In this document: piece by piece, positions 29,043 to 36,638 of the stretch
Layout: each line of letters begins with the position of its first letter
Position numbering within the stretch: position 1 is the first letter of the stretch
Assembly (NCBI GenBank): GCA_963748015.1
Contig: CAVVHE010000004.1
Location: 960,001 to 1,024,000 of the forward strand
Direction: 5' to 3'
DNA: 64,000 nt
Origin: Terriglobia bacterium
Lineage (GTDB): Bacteria; Acidobacteriota; Polarisedimenticolia; Polarisedimenticolales; JAIQFR01
Position numbers and translations under genes: made by a program
The notes under the pieces: generated by a model
The model's database searches: none
Seen by the model: only the letters and a program-made list of their open reading frames with translations
Told to the model about the DNA's origin: nothing

Positions 29043-29089
29043 CCGCTATATCTTGTGCGACTTTTGGGGTTTTACCCTACATCGCGTAT
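29043..29089. promoter_or_regulatory. Tandem NrdR-box-like operators in the parAB leader
   Basis: ccgCTATATCTTGTGc (29043-29058) and accCTACATCGCGTat (29074-29089), offset 31 bp; compared with consensus acaCwAtATaTwGtg. Confidence 0.55.
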
Positions 29090-29172
29090 GACGAACAAGG
29101 TGCCATCCCATCAGGCGCCACCCGCCCGGCCAGTTGCCGTCCCGCGCAGGCCCCAGCGCACGTGAGGAAGCC

Positions 29173-29937
29173 ATGGCTGCGATGACGATCGCGATCGCGA
29201 ACCAGAAAGGCGGAGTCGGGAAGACCACCACAGCGATCAATCTCGCCGCCGCGCTTGCCCAGAAAGAGCTCAAGACCCTGCTCGTGGACCTCGACCCGCA
29301 GGGTAACGCAACGCTATCGTTCATCGATCCCGGCGACCTCACGCACTCGGTGTACGACCTTCTCGTGAACCCCGAGATCGGCCTCCCGGAGGTCGTCCGA
29401 AATACCAAGCTCGAGCACCTGGACGTCGTGCCCGCCCGCATCTCCCTCGCCAAGGCGGAGGTCAAGCTGGTGGGGGAGTTCGACAGCCATTTCCGACTCA
29501 AGGACAAGCTCGAGCCCTATCGAGGACTCTACGAGTACATCGTCATCGACACCCCGCCCACCCTTGGCATTCTCACCGTCAACGCCCTGGTGGCCGCGAC
29601 GCACCTCATGGTCCCGATCCAGTCGTCCTACTTCGCCCTCGAAGGGACCGACGATCTTCTCGAGACCTATCAGAAGATCCGGTCGCGCCCCAACCCCGAT
29701 CTTCAGTTCCTCGGCGTCGTGATCACGCTTCACGACCGCCGAACCGTTCTCGCCAAGGACATCAAGCGCCAGATCCGGGAAGTGTTCGGCGAGAAGGTCT
29801 TCAAGACCACGATTTCCAAGAGCGTTCGTCTCGAGGAGAGCCCGGCCTACAAACAGAGCATCTTCACTTTTGCCCCCAGCTCGAGTGGCGCGATCGAGTA
29901 CTACAGCCTCTCGGAGGAGGTCATCGGCCGTGTCTAA
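29173..29937 (+). CDS. parA: ParA/Soj family ATPase
   Basis: Deviant Walker A NQKGGVGKTTT, DLDPQGNAT, IDTPP and SVRLEESP; no N-terminal HTH. Confidence 0.95.
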   Translation: MAAMTIAIANQKGGVGKTTTAINLAAALAQKELKTLLVDLDPQGNATLSFIDPGDLTHSVYDLLVNPEIGLPEVVRNTKLEHLDVVPARISLAKAEVKLVGEFDSHFRLKDKLEPYRGLYEYIVIDTPPTLGILTVNALVAATHLMVPIQSSYFALEGTDDLLETYQKIRSRPNPDLQFLGVVITLHDRRTVLAKDIKRQIREVFGEKVFKTTISKSVRLEESPAYKQSIFTFAPSSSGAIEYYSLSEEVIGRV

Positions 29938-30874
29938 GTTCCGCGGATTGCCTCAAGAAAAGCACATGCGCCACGACACCCACTTCGTCGAGGAAGTGAC
30001 CTCCGGGCGTACGGAGTCGGTCGGCCGCATGATCGACGTCTCCAGGATCGAGCCGAATCCCAACCAGCCCCGCAAGGAGTTCGGCGACCTCACCGACATG
30101 GTCGCCTCGATCAAGGAGAAGGGGATCCTCGAGCCGATCCTCGTGCGGAGCAACGGCGCGAAGTACCAGATCATCGCCGGCGAGCGTCGCTTCCAGGCAG
30201 CGAAGATCGCGGGCCTTCGGACCGTCCCTTGCGTCGAGCTCGACGTGGACCTGCGGGGCATGCTCGAGATCTCGCTGATCGAGAATCTCCAGCGGAAGGA
30301 CCTTCACCCTTTCGAGGAGGCCGAGGCGATTCAGAGCCTCAGCGATCAGTTCAGGTACAAGCATGAGGAGATTGCCAGGAAGCTTGGCAAGTCCCGAACC
30401 GTGATCACCGAGGCGCTGAGCCTCTGCCGAATTCCCGAGGAAGTGCGCGAGAGATGTCGGCAGGCCGACATCACGAGCAAGTCCATGCTTCTCCAGATCG
30501 CCCGGCAGTCGACTCCCGAAGCGATGAACAAGCTCATCGACCGCATCAGCGGGGACGGGATGACCAGGGACGAGGCGCGGCGCTTCAACAAGGGGGGCGG
30601 CGTCGCGACCGGGCGACGCGCTCGGCGGTACACCTACAAGTTCCAGCCCGAGGACTCCTCGTTCCGGTTCAGCATGACCTTCGACAAACCCAAGGTCGAG
30701 CGGGGCGAGGTCATCGAGCGACTCAAGGCAGTCCTTCAGCAGCTGATCGAGGAAGAGTTGACCGCGCGCGACGGAGCGGAGCCGGCCAGGACCGAGGATG
30801 CGGCGGCCGATTCCGTCGCCATGGTCATGGCATCCGCGCACCCTCGCAAGGCCCAAGACGAGATAGAGCACTGA
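29930..30874 (+). CDS. parB: ParB/Spo0J family CTPase partition protein with non-canonical HTH
   Basis: GTG start overlaps parA; RGL N-terminal peptide, PNPNQPRK, GILEPILVR, IIAGERRFQA, ENLQRKDL and HTH HEEIARKLGKSRTVITEAL. Confidence 0.93.
   Translation: MSKFRGLPQEKHMRHDTHFVEEVTSGRTESVGRMIDVSRIEPNPNQPRKEFGDLTDMVASIKEKGILEPILVRSNGAKYQIIAGERRFQAAKIAGLRTVPCVELDVDLRGMLEISLIENLQRKDLHPFEEAEAIQSLSDQFRYKHEEIARKLGKSRTVITEALSLCRIPEEVRERCRQADITSKSMLLQIARQSTPEAMNKLIDRISGDGMTRDEARRFNKGGGVATGRRARRYTYKFQPEDSSFRFSMTFDKPKVERGEVIERLKAVLQQLIEEELTARDGAEPARTEDAAADSVAMVMASAHPRKAQDEIEH
30453..30472. promoter_or_regulatory. 20-bp palindrome inside parB (candidate parS-like site)
   Basis: GATGTCGGC-AG-GCCGACATC; 16-bp core TGTCGGCAGGCCGACA at 30455-30470. 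Confidence 0.6.
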
Positions 30875-30993
30875 GCTCGGAGGGAGCTCGGGCTGGAGGA
30901 GTCGGGCCTTCCGACATCGCCAGAGCGGAGAAGGCGTCTTGGGTGCCCGGCGGAGCCGATTCCCGCCGTTTGACGGGCCCAGGGCTTTCTTCA

Positions 30994-31021
30994 GGTTTAC
31001 ATAATATACATTATCGGACAT
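30994..31021 (-). other. dif: dif site (XerCD chromosome dimer resolution)
   Basis: Minus strand ATGTCCGATAA-TGTATA-TTATGTAAACC versus E. coli GGTGCGCATAA-TGTATA-TTATGTTAAAT; intergenic, AT-rich and near the gene-strand switch. Confidence 0.9.
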
Positions 31022-31099
31022 TGGCCGAATGCGGCCCGGAAGGCCCCGGTTCCTGAAACGCCGTCCCCCTCGACTGCCCTTTTCGTTTCCTAGCGTGCA

Positions 31100-31128
31100 T
31101 TGACACGCCACGTGCCCATTCCTAGACT
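31100..31128 (+). promoter_or_regulatory. Sigma-70 promoter of lptFG (possibly leaderless)
   Basis: TTGACA-N17-TAGACT with the ATG 7 nt downstream. Confidence 0.7.
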
Positions 31129-31135
31129 CCATCGA

Positions 31136-33556
31136 ATGCCCAAGACGAACCGGCTCTCGCGGCACGTTCTCCAGGAGTTCGTCGCTCCGACCCTCCTCGG
31201 GCTGCTCGTGTACGGGTTCGTCCTCCTCATGAACGCCTTCCTGCTGGTGGCCCGGGTCGCGCTCGCGAAGAACCTCGGTTTCGACACCGTCCTGCGCCTC
31301 TTCTCTCTAGAGATCCCCCAGCTCCTCGTCCTCGCGATCCCCATGGCGACCATCCTCGGGGTACTCATCGCTTTCGGGCGCCTCTCCGCCGATCACGAGA
31401 TCGTCGCCATGAACGGCGCAGGGCTCGGGCCGTGGTTTCTCCTCCGACCGGTGCTCCTCCTCGGGCTCTTCACCAGCCTGGTGTCGTTCTCGATCTACGC
31501 CGTGGTCGTTCCACGGGCCTCCTATGCATCCCGGGTACTCAACTCCCAGGTCCTCCTCACCGGGAGCATGGCGACCAACCTGGACCCGCGCGTCTTCTAT
31601 ACCGAGATCCCGGGATACGTCCTGTTCGCCGAGGACATACGCCCGGGCGCCGCGGGCCGCCTCGACGGGGTCTTCGTTCACGAGGCCAAGGGCGAGGGTG
31701 GCCAGAGCTACACGTTCTTCGCCCGCGAGGGCGACCTCTACCAGACCCGGGACGGCTCGGGGAAGCTGGTCGCGGATCTCCGAAAGGGCGTCGGCCTGAT
31801 CTACTCGGCGGACCACCCGGAGGTCTACAGGTCCATCGAGTTCGAGCGTTACCAGGTCCCCATCGATCCGCCTCCCTACCTGAAGGCCCTCTCGACGCCG
31901 CCCACTCCTTCGATCCAGAACATGCCCTTCACGGAGCTCTTCGGCGAGCTGCGCGAGGCGCGCGCGATGAAGGAGAAGGCTCTTCGCGACTACCGGACTC
32001 GAGCCACGCGCGTCGAGATCCACCAGCGCCTCGCCCTCCCGTTCGCGGCTTTCGTGTTCGCCCTCCTCGGGATGCCGCTCGGCATGACCCGGGCCCGCTC
32101 GGGAAAGGGCGCGAGCTTCGCCCTGAGCATCGCGGTCACGCTCGTGTACTGGGTCGCCTTCACGTCGGCGCGCGACCAGGCGCTGCAGGGCCGTTTCCCC
32201 GTGTTTCTCGGCGTCTGGTCGGGCAACATCATTACCGCGGCCTGGGCCGCGTGGGCGTTCTACCGGATGGGCCGTCGCGCCTCGGACCAGGGCGTGCTCG
32301 GACGCCTCAGGTCCGCCGCGGGGTCCGTACTCGCCAGGTTCACGGCACGAGGAAATCGAGCCCGGGATGTCTCGTCACCGGGGACGCCCGGCTCGTCGCC
32401 GTCTCCTCCCCACGAGTGGGCCGGCGCCACGTCGACCTACCGGCTGATCGGGCTCGTGGACGGGCTGATCCTCTCGAACTACCTTCGGGTGCTCCTGTAC
32501 GCGCTGCTGTCCGCGTACGCCGTCTTCGCCGTGGTGGACCTCAAGGAGATCCTCGACAGCGTCCTGCGGAACGAGCGGTCCTTCTGGCTGGTGATGAACT
32601 ACTTCAAGTATTTCGCCCCGGGAAAGCTGATCCTGATCCTCCCGGTGTCCTGTCTCGTCGCCGGCGTGGTCGCCTTCACCCTTCTCGGGCGCAGCGGCGA
32701 ACTCACCGCGATGAAGGCGAGCGGCGTCAGCATGCGCCGCGCGATGGCTCCCGTCATCGTTGCCACGATGGCCCTCTGTGCCGTGATGTTCGTCGTGCAG
32801 GACCGGATCGCCCCCGTCACCAACCAGCGGGCGCAGGAGGCCAGGGACCGGATCCAGGGAAAACCGCCGCGGACCTACGGCCTCTCCGTCGGCGGACGCT
32901 GGACCTTCGGTACCGGGGGCCGATACCTCTACCACTACCGTCTGTACGACCCCGACCACCAGACGTTTCAGGGACTGAGCGTGTTCACGCTCGATCGCTC
33001 GGCTCCTCGCGTCACGGAGCACCGTTTCGCGGCGATCGCCAAGTGGGCTGGGAACGGTTGGCTCCTCGAGCGCGGCTGGTACCGGAACTTTCCGGCCGAC
33101 AAATCTGTCGGCGTGTTCCGGACCTTCGTCGATGGCGAGCGCTGCGCCCTCGACCCTCCCGAGAACTTCGCGCGCCGGGAGATCACCCTCATGGCCGGGG
33201 GCGAACTCCCCGACCAGATGAACATCCTCGAGCTGCGGAGGCAGATCGAGACCCTCCAGGACAGCGGCTACGACATCACGCGGCTCAAGGTGGCGTTCTA
33301 TGCCAAGCTCGCCCACCCCGTGACACCCCTGGTGATGGTGCTGCTGGGGCTCCCCTTCGCCTTCCAGGTCGGCCGGAGAGGCTCCCTTTACGGGATCGGC
33401 GTCGCCCTGGTTCTCGTGATCGTCTACTGGGCGACGTTCGCGGTCTTCAACGCGCTGGGATTCGAGACGGTTCTCCCGCCCTTCCTCGCCGCGTGGGCGC
33501 CGAACATCCTCTACGGCCTGCTCGGCTCGTACCTCCTGCTCTACGTCAAGACCTGA
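31136..33556 (+). CDS. Fused LptF/LptG LPS export permease
   Basis: Two YjgP/YjgQ halves: GRLSADHEIVAM...EIHQRLALPF and GELTAMKASGVS...LPPFLAAWAPN. Confidence 0.92.
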   Translation: MPKTNRLSRHVLQEFVAPTLLGLLVYGFVLLMNAFLLVARVALAKNLGFDTVLRLFSLEIPQLLVLAIPMATILGVLIAFGRLSADHEIVAMNGAGLGPWFLLRPVLLLGLFTSLVSFSIYAVVVPRASYASRVLNSQVLLTGSMATNLDPRVFYTEIPGYVLFAEDIRPGAAGRLDGVFVHEAKGEGGQSYTFFAREGDLYQTRDGSGKLVADLRKGVGLIYSADHPEVYRSIEFERYQVPIDPPPYLKALSTPPTPSIQNMPFTELFGELREARAMKEKALRDYRTRATRVEIHQRLALPFAAFVFALLGMPLGMTRARSGKGASFALSIAVTLVYWVAFTSARDQALQGRFPVFLGVWSGNIITAAWAAWAFYRMGRRASDQGVLGRLRSAAGSVLARFTARGNRARDVSSPGTPGSSPSPPHEWAGATSTYRLIGLVDGLILSNYLRVLLYALLSAYAVFAVVDLKEILDSVLRNERSFWLVMNYFKYFAPGKLILILPVSCLVAGVVAFTLLGRSGELTAMKASGVSMRRAMAPVIVATMALCAVMFVVQDRIAPVTNQRAQEARDRIQGKPPRTYGLSVGGRWTFGTGGRYLYHYRLYDPDHQTFQGLSVFTLDRSAPRVTEHRFAAIAKWAGNGWLLERGWYRNFPADKSVGVFRTFVDGERCALDPPENFARREITLMAGGELPDQMNILELRRQIETLQDSGYDITRLKVAFYAKLAHPVTPLVMVLLGLPFAFQVGRRGSLYGIGVALVLVIVYWATFAVFNALGFETVLPPFLAAWAPNILYGLLGSYLLLYVKT
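33095..33112. promoter_or_regulatory. Second GCCGACA-N4-TGTCGGC palindrome, inside lptFG
   Basis: GCCGACA AATC TGTCGGC; uses AAA and TCT codons, which are uncommon in this GC-rich sequence. Confidence 0.45.
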
Positions 33557-33562
33557 GCGGCC

Positions 33563-36500
33563 TCAGCGGCCGGACAACCGCTCCAGCGCGGCGCGGAGCT
33601 CCGCCTGCGCCGGGTCGATCTCGAGCGAAGCCTTCCACGCCTCGATCGCTTCCTTGCGGCGACCGTTCCGTCGCGCCGCCTCCCCGTACGCGTTCAGCAG
33701 CAGAGTGTCCCGTCCGGGCGACAGGCGCCGCGCCTCCTCCAGGCGGGCCAGCGAGGCGGAGGCGTTCCCCTCGGCGAGCTCGAGGATGCCGAGCTGCAAC
33801 AGCGCCTTCGCGCGCGCCCGCGGGTCGGCTATCGCCTTCTCGAGCTCCTCTCGCGCGCCGCGCACGTTGCGCTTGCGCTCCATCAGGAGGGCGAGGTTGA
33901 TCCGCGCATCGCCGTAGCCCGGGTCGAGCGCCAGGGCCTTGCGAAGCTGCGCCTCCGCGGAATCGAGCTTCGCATCGCCGAGGTCGAGGCCCGCGAGGTT
34001 GTTCAGCGGCGAAGGGTAGCGAGGATCCGCCGCGGCGGAGCGGTTCCACATGGTCCGGGCGCGCGCGAGGTCGCCCGTCGCGTAGTAGAGGCTTCCCAGG
34101 TTGTTCAGCACGATCGGGTGATTCGGCGATTTCGCGAGCGCCCGGTCGTACAGGTCGATCGCCTTCTTCATCTCGCCCCGGTCCTGGTAGACCAGCGCCA
34201 GATTGTTGTAGGCCCCCATGAAATAGGGATCCGCCTCGATCGCTTTCTCGTACCAGCCTTCCGCCTCGTCGAGGCGTCGCGCCGCGCGAGCGAGGTTCCC
34301 CAGGTTCGTCCGCGGCTCGGCGGCGTCCGCGTCGAGGTTCGCGGCCTCGAGGAACCGCTGCTCCGCCTCGCGATCGTTCCCCTGCTTCGCCAGCGCCAGC
34401 CCGAGCGTGTTGATCACCTCGGCCGCCCCGGGCTCGTCGCGCAGGACGAGGCGGAGATCGCGCACCGCGCCCTCGAAATCTCCGAGGTCCATGGCGAGCT
34501 GCCCGAGCTGGTGGCCCGCCGAGCGGCGGGTCACCGCGTACCCCTTCGCCTTTTCGAGGACCTTGCGCGCTTCCTCGTGCCGGCGCTCGATGCGCAGCAG
34601 CGTGCCGAGGTTGACGGCCACGACCGGGTTGTTGGGCTCGCTCTCGAGCGCCGCGCGGAACTCGCTCTCGGCCTCGGCGCGCTTCCCCTGCGCCAGCAGC
34701 GCGATCCCCGTATTGTTGCGGGTCGTCACCTTGACGGGCTGGTCGCCGGCGCTGCCGAGATAGCCCAGGCTTCGCAGCTTCTCTCGCAACTCCGCGGCCT
34801 CGGGATCCACGGGGGACGCCGCCGCCGCGCGCCGGCCGTCGTCGAAGGCGGGATCGTCGGCACGGTACCGGACGGGGTGCGCCTTCAGGAACCCGGTGTC
34901 GAGCGCGCCGGAAAGCACGGTCCCCGGCCACGACTGCGGTACCGGCTGTCCGAACAGCGCCAGGACCGTCGGGGCGATGTCGTAGATCCCCGTCTCGCCC
35001 AGGCGCGCTCCGGCCCGGATACGCTCTCCCGAGAGGACGAGAACGCCGAATCGCCTGTGCCAATCCGCCGCCGGCCCGTGGCCGATCCTCGAGTCCGTCG
35101 TCAGGGGGCGCGACGCGTCGCTGCAGAAGCCGTGGTCGGAGAGCACCATGACGGTCCACCCCGGTCCCCGTCCCTCGAGCAGCTTGCCCAGGTCGCGGTC
35201 GATCTTCTCGTAGTATCGATCCACGACCGCGTGGAACGACGCGTAGCGCTTGTCCTCGACCCCGGCCAGCTTCGGGGGGCGGTACGACATGAACAGGTGG
35301 CCGACCGTGTCCGTCCCCTCGAAGTACACCGTCTCGAATCGAGGGGAGAACTTGGATCGGAGGGCGAGCGCGGCCCCGAGGTAGGTCTCCGTGGATGCGA
35401 GGAGCGTGCGGAAATCCTCGAGCAGCTTCAACTCGTCCGGGTCGAATTCCTCCGGCCGCCGTCGGGGGCCGTCGAGGTAGTGCTGCACCACCTCCCACGA
35501 CACGTCCGAGGGGGAGACGATCCGAGGGCGGATGTCCTCCGCGTAGAGGCCGGGGGGCCAGGTCTTTCCCCTGCCCTCCCCCGGGTCCGGCCGGATGCCG
35601 AAGAGCTGGTAGGCGACCCGGTCGGTGACCATGAATCCGTTCAGGGACTCGGCGGGAAACGTCGCCCACCACCCGACCACACCCACCGGCACGCCCGCCT
35701 TCGAGAGCATCTCCCAGATGGCGGGCACCTTGCGCTGGGCCGAGGTGACCGGCTGCCCCTCGCCACCCGCGGGGTCGGGCGCGAGGAAGTCGAGGATGCC
35801 GTGCCGCGGCGGGTCCACTCCCGTCGCCACGCTGGTCCACACCACGGGGGAGAGCGCGGGGCTGATCGTGAGGAGCTTGGAGCGCACGCCATGCTCGACC
35901 AGGCGCGCGAGGTTGGGCATTCTCCCCTGCTGGACGAGCGGATCGATGATCGCCCAGTCCGCTCCGTCGAGTCCGATCACGAGGAGCTTCGCCTCGGAGG
36001 CGGGAGGCAGGGACTCCTCCGTCCTGACCGTCAGGAGCTCGGGGGCGCCGAGGAGCACGCGCTTCAGGTCGACGCCGCGCTCGGCGAGGCGCGCCTTGAG
36101 CTCCGGCTCGAGGGCGGACTGGACGCGCTGCGGCAGCGGGTCGCGCGCGTCCCAGGACCCGAGCCCCCGCACCGTCTCTCGGAGCGCATCGGCGAGCACC
36201 CCCTCGATGCCCAGACCGTGGGATGCCTTGGACGCCGCGAGCCAGCCGTCGCCGCGGATCTCGAGCGCGGCCTGTCCTCGCAGGCCGAAGAGGCTCCCGT
36301 CCAGGGCCTCGAGGCGCGCCACCTCCGGGCCGGGGAGGGGTACCTCCACGAGGTTCCTCGGAAAGCGCTCGAGCCGGGCGTACCCCGGCAACGCGAGGAC
36401 GGTCGGGCCGTCGACCTTCCGCGGCTCGCCGAACCACAGCGGCCGCAGCACGCCGAACTCGAAGGCGGGGTCGATCCGCCGGATGCCCGCGGCCATCCAC

Positions 36501-36595
36501 CCCGCGATCGCGAGGAGCGCGGCGGCCGCGACGAGCGCGGGGAGCGCGCGGCGACCGCGCCGGATCGTCGCGGCCTCGCTCTGCTCGCCGCCCAT
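33563..36595 (-). CDS. Membrane-anchored alkaline-phosphatase/nucleotide pyrophosphatase superfamily protein with C-terminal TPR array
   Basis: N-terminal TM segment; VIGLDGADW, SPVVWTSVATG, VLSDHGF, DIAPTVL and LRSLGYL; many TPRs (NNLG/NLAL patterns). Confidence 0.85.
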   Translation of the reverse strand: MGGEQSEAATIRRGRRALPALVAAAALLAIAGWMAAGIRRIDPAFEFGVLRPLWFGEPRKVDGPTVLALPGYARLERFPRNLVEVPLPGPEVARLEALDGSLFGLRGQAALEIRGDGWLAASKASHGLGIEGVLADALRETVRGLGSWDARDPLPQRVQSALEPELKARLAERGVDLKRVLLGAPELLTVRTEESLPPASEAKLLVIGLDGADWAIIDPLVQQGRMPNLARLVEHGVRSKLLTISPALSPVVWTSVATGVDPPRHGILDFLAPDPAGGEGQPVTSAQRKVPAIWEMLSKAGVPVGVVGWWATFPAESLNGFMVTDRVAYQLFGIRPDPGEGRGKTWPPGLYAEDIRPRIVSPSDVSWEVVQHYLDGPRRRPEEFDPDELKLLEDFRTLLASTETYLGAALALRSKFSPRFETVYFEGTDTVGHLFMSYRPPKLAGVEDKRYASFHAVVDRYYEKIDRDLGKLLEGRGPGWTVMVLSDHGFCSDASRPLTTDSRIGHGPAADWHRRFGVLVLSGERIRAGARLGETGIYDIAPTVLALFGQPVPQSWPGTVLSGALDTGFLKAHPVRYRADDPAFDDGRRAAAASPVDPEAAELREKLRSLGYLGSAGDQPVKVTTRNNTGIALLAQGKRAEAESEFRAALESEPNNPVVAVNLGTLLRIERRHEEARKVLEKAKGYAVTRRSAGHQLGQLAMDLGDFEGAVRDLRLVLRDEPGAAEVINTLGLALAKQGNDREAEQRFLEAANLDADAAEPRTNLGNLARAARRLDEAEGWYEKAIEADPYFMGAYNNLALVYQDRGEMKKAIDLYDRALAKSPNHPIVLNNLGSLYYATGDLARARTMWNRSAAADPRYPSPLNNLAGLDLGDAKLDSAEAQLRKALALDPGYGDARINLALLMERKRNVRGAREELEKAIADPRARAKALLQLGILELAEGNASASLARLEEARRLSPGRDTLLLNAYGEAARRNGRRKEAIEAWKASLEIDPAQAELRAALERLSGR

Positions 36596-36638
36596 CGTCA
36601 CCTCTCCTCCGGCCTCGAGGTGCGCGCCGCGCCGGCGC

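Noticed and set aside
29173..30874. parAB as part of an integrated plasmid or prophage at dif
   Set aside because: No rep, integrase, phage or conjugation genes and no second dif-like att site seen; the flanks are core genes. Not fully excluded.
28868..31100. Canonical parS (TGTTTCACGTGAAACA-like) or DnaA-box cluster indicating oriC
   Set aside because: None seen by eye around parAB. The dif site and convergent gene orientation point to the terminus instead.
6032..36339. KOPS (GGGNAGGG) polarity switch at dif
   Set aside because: Spot checks found correctly oriented copies (for example 28370) but also opposing ones (6032, 36332). There is no clean signal without a genome-wide count.
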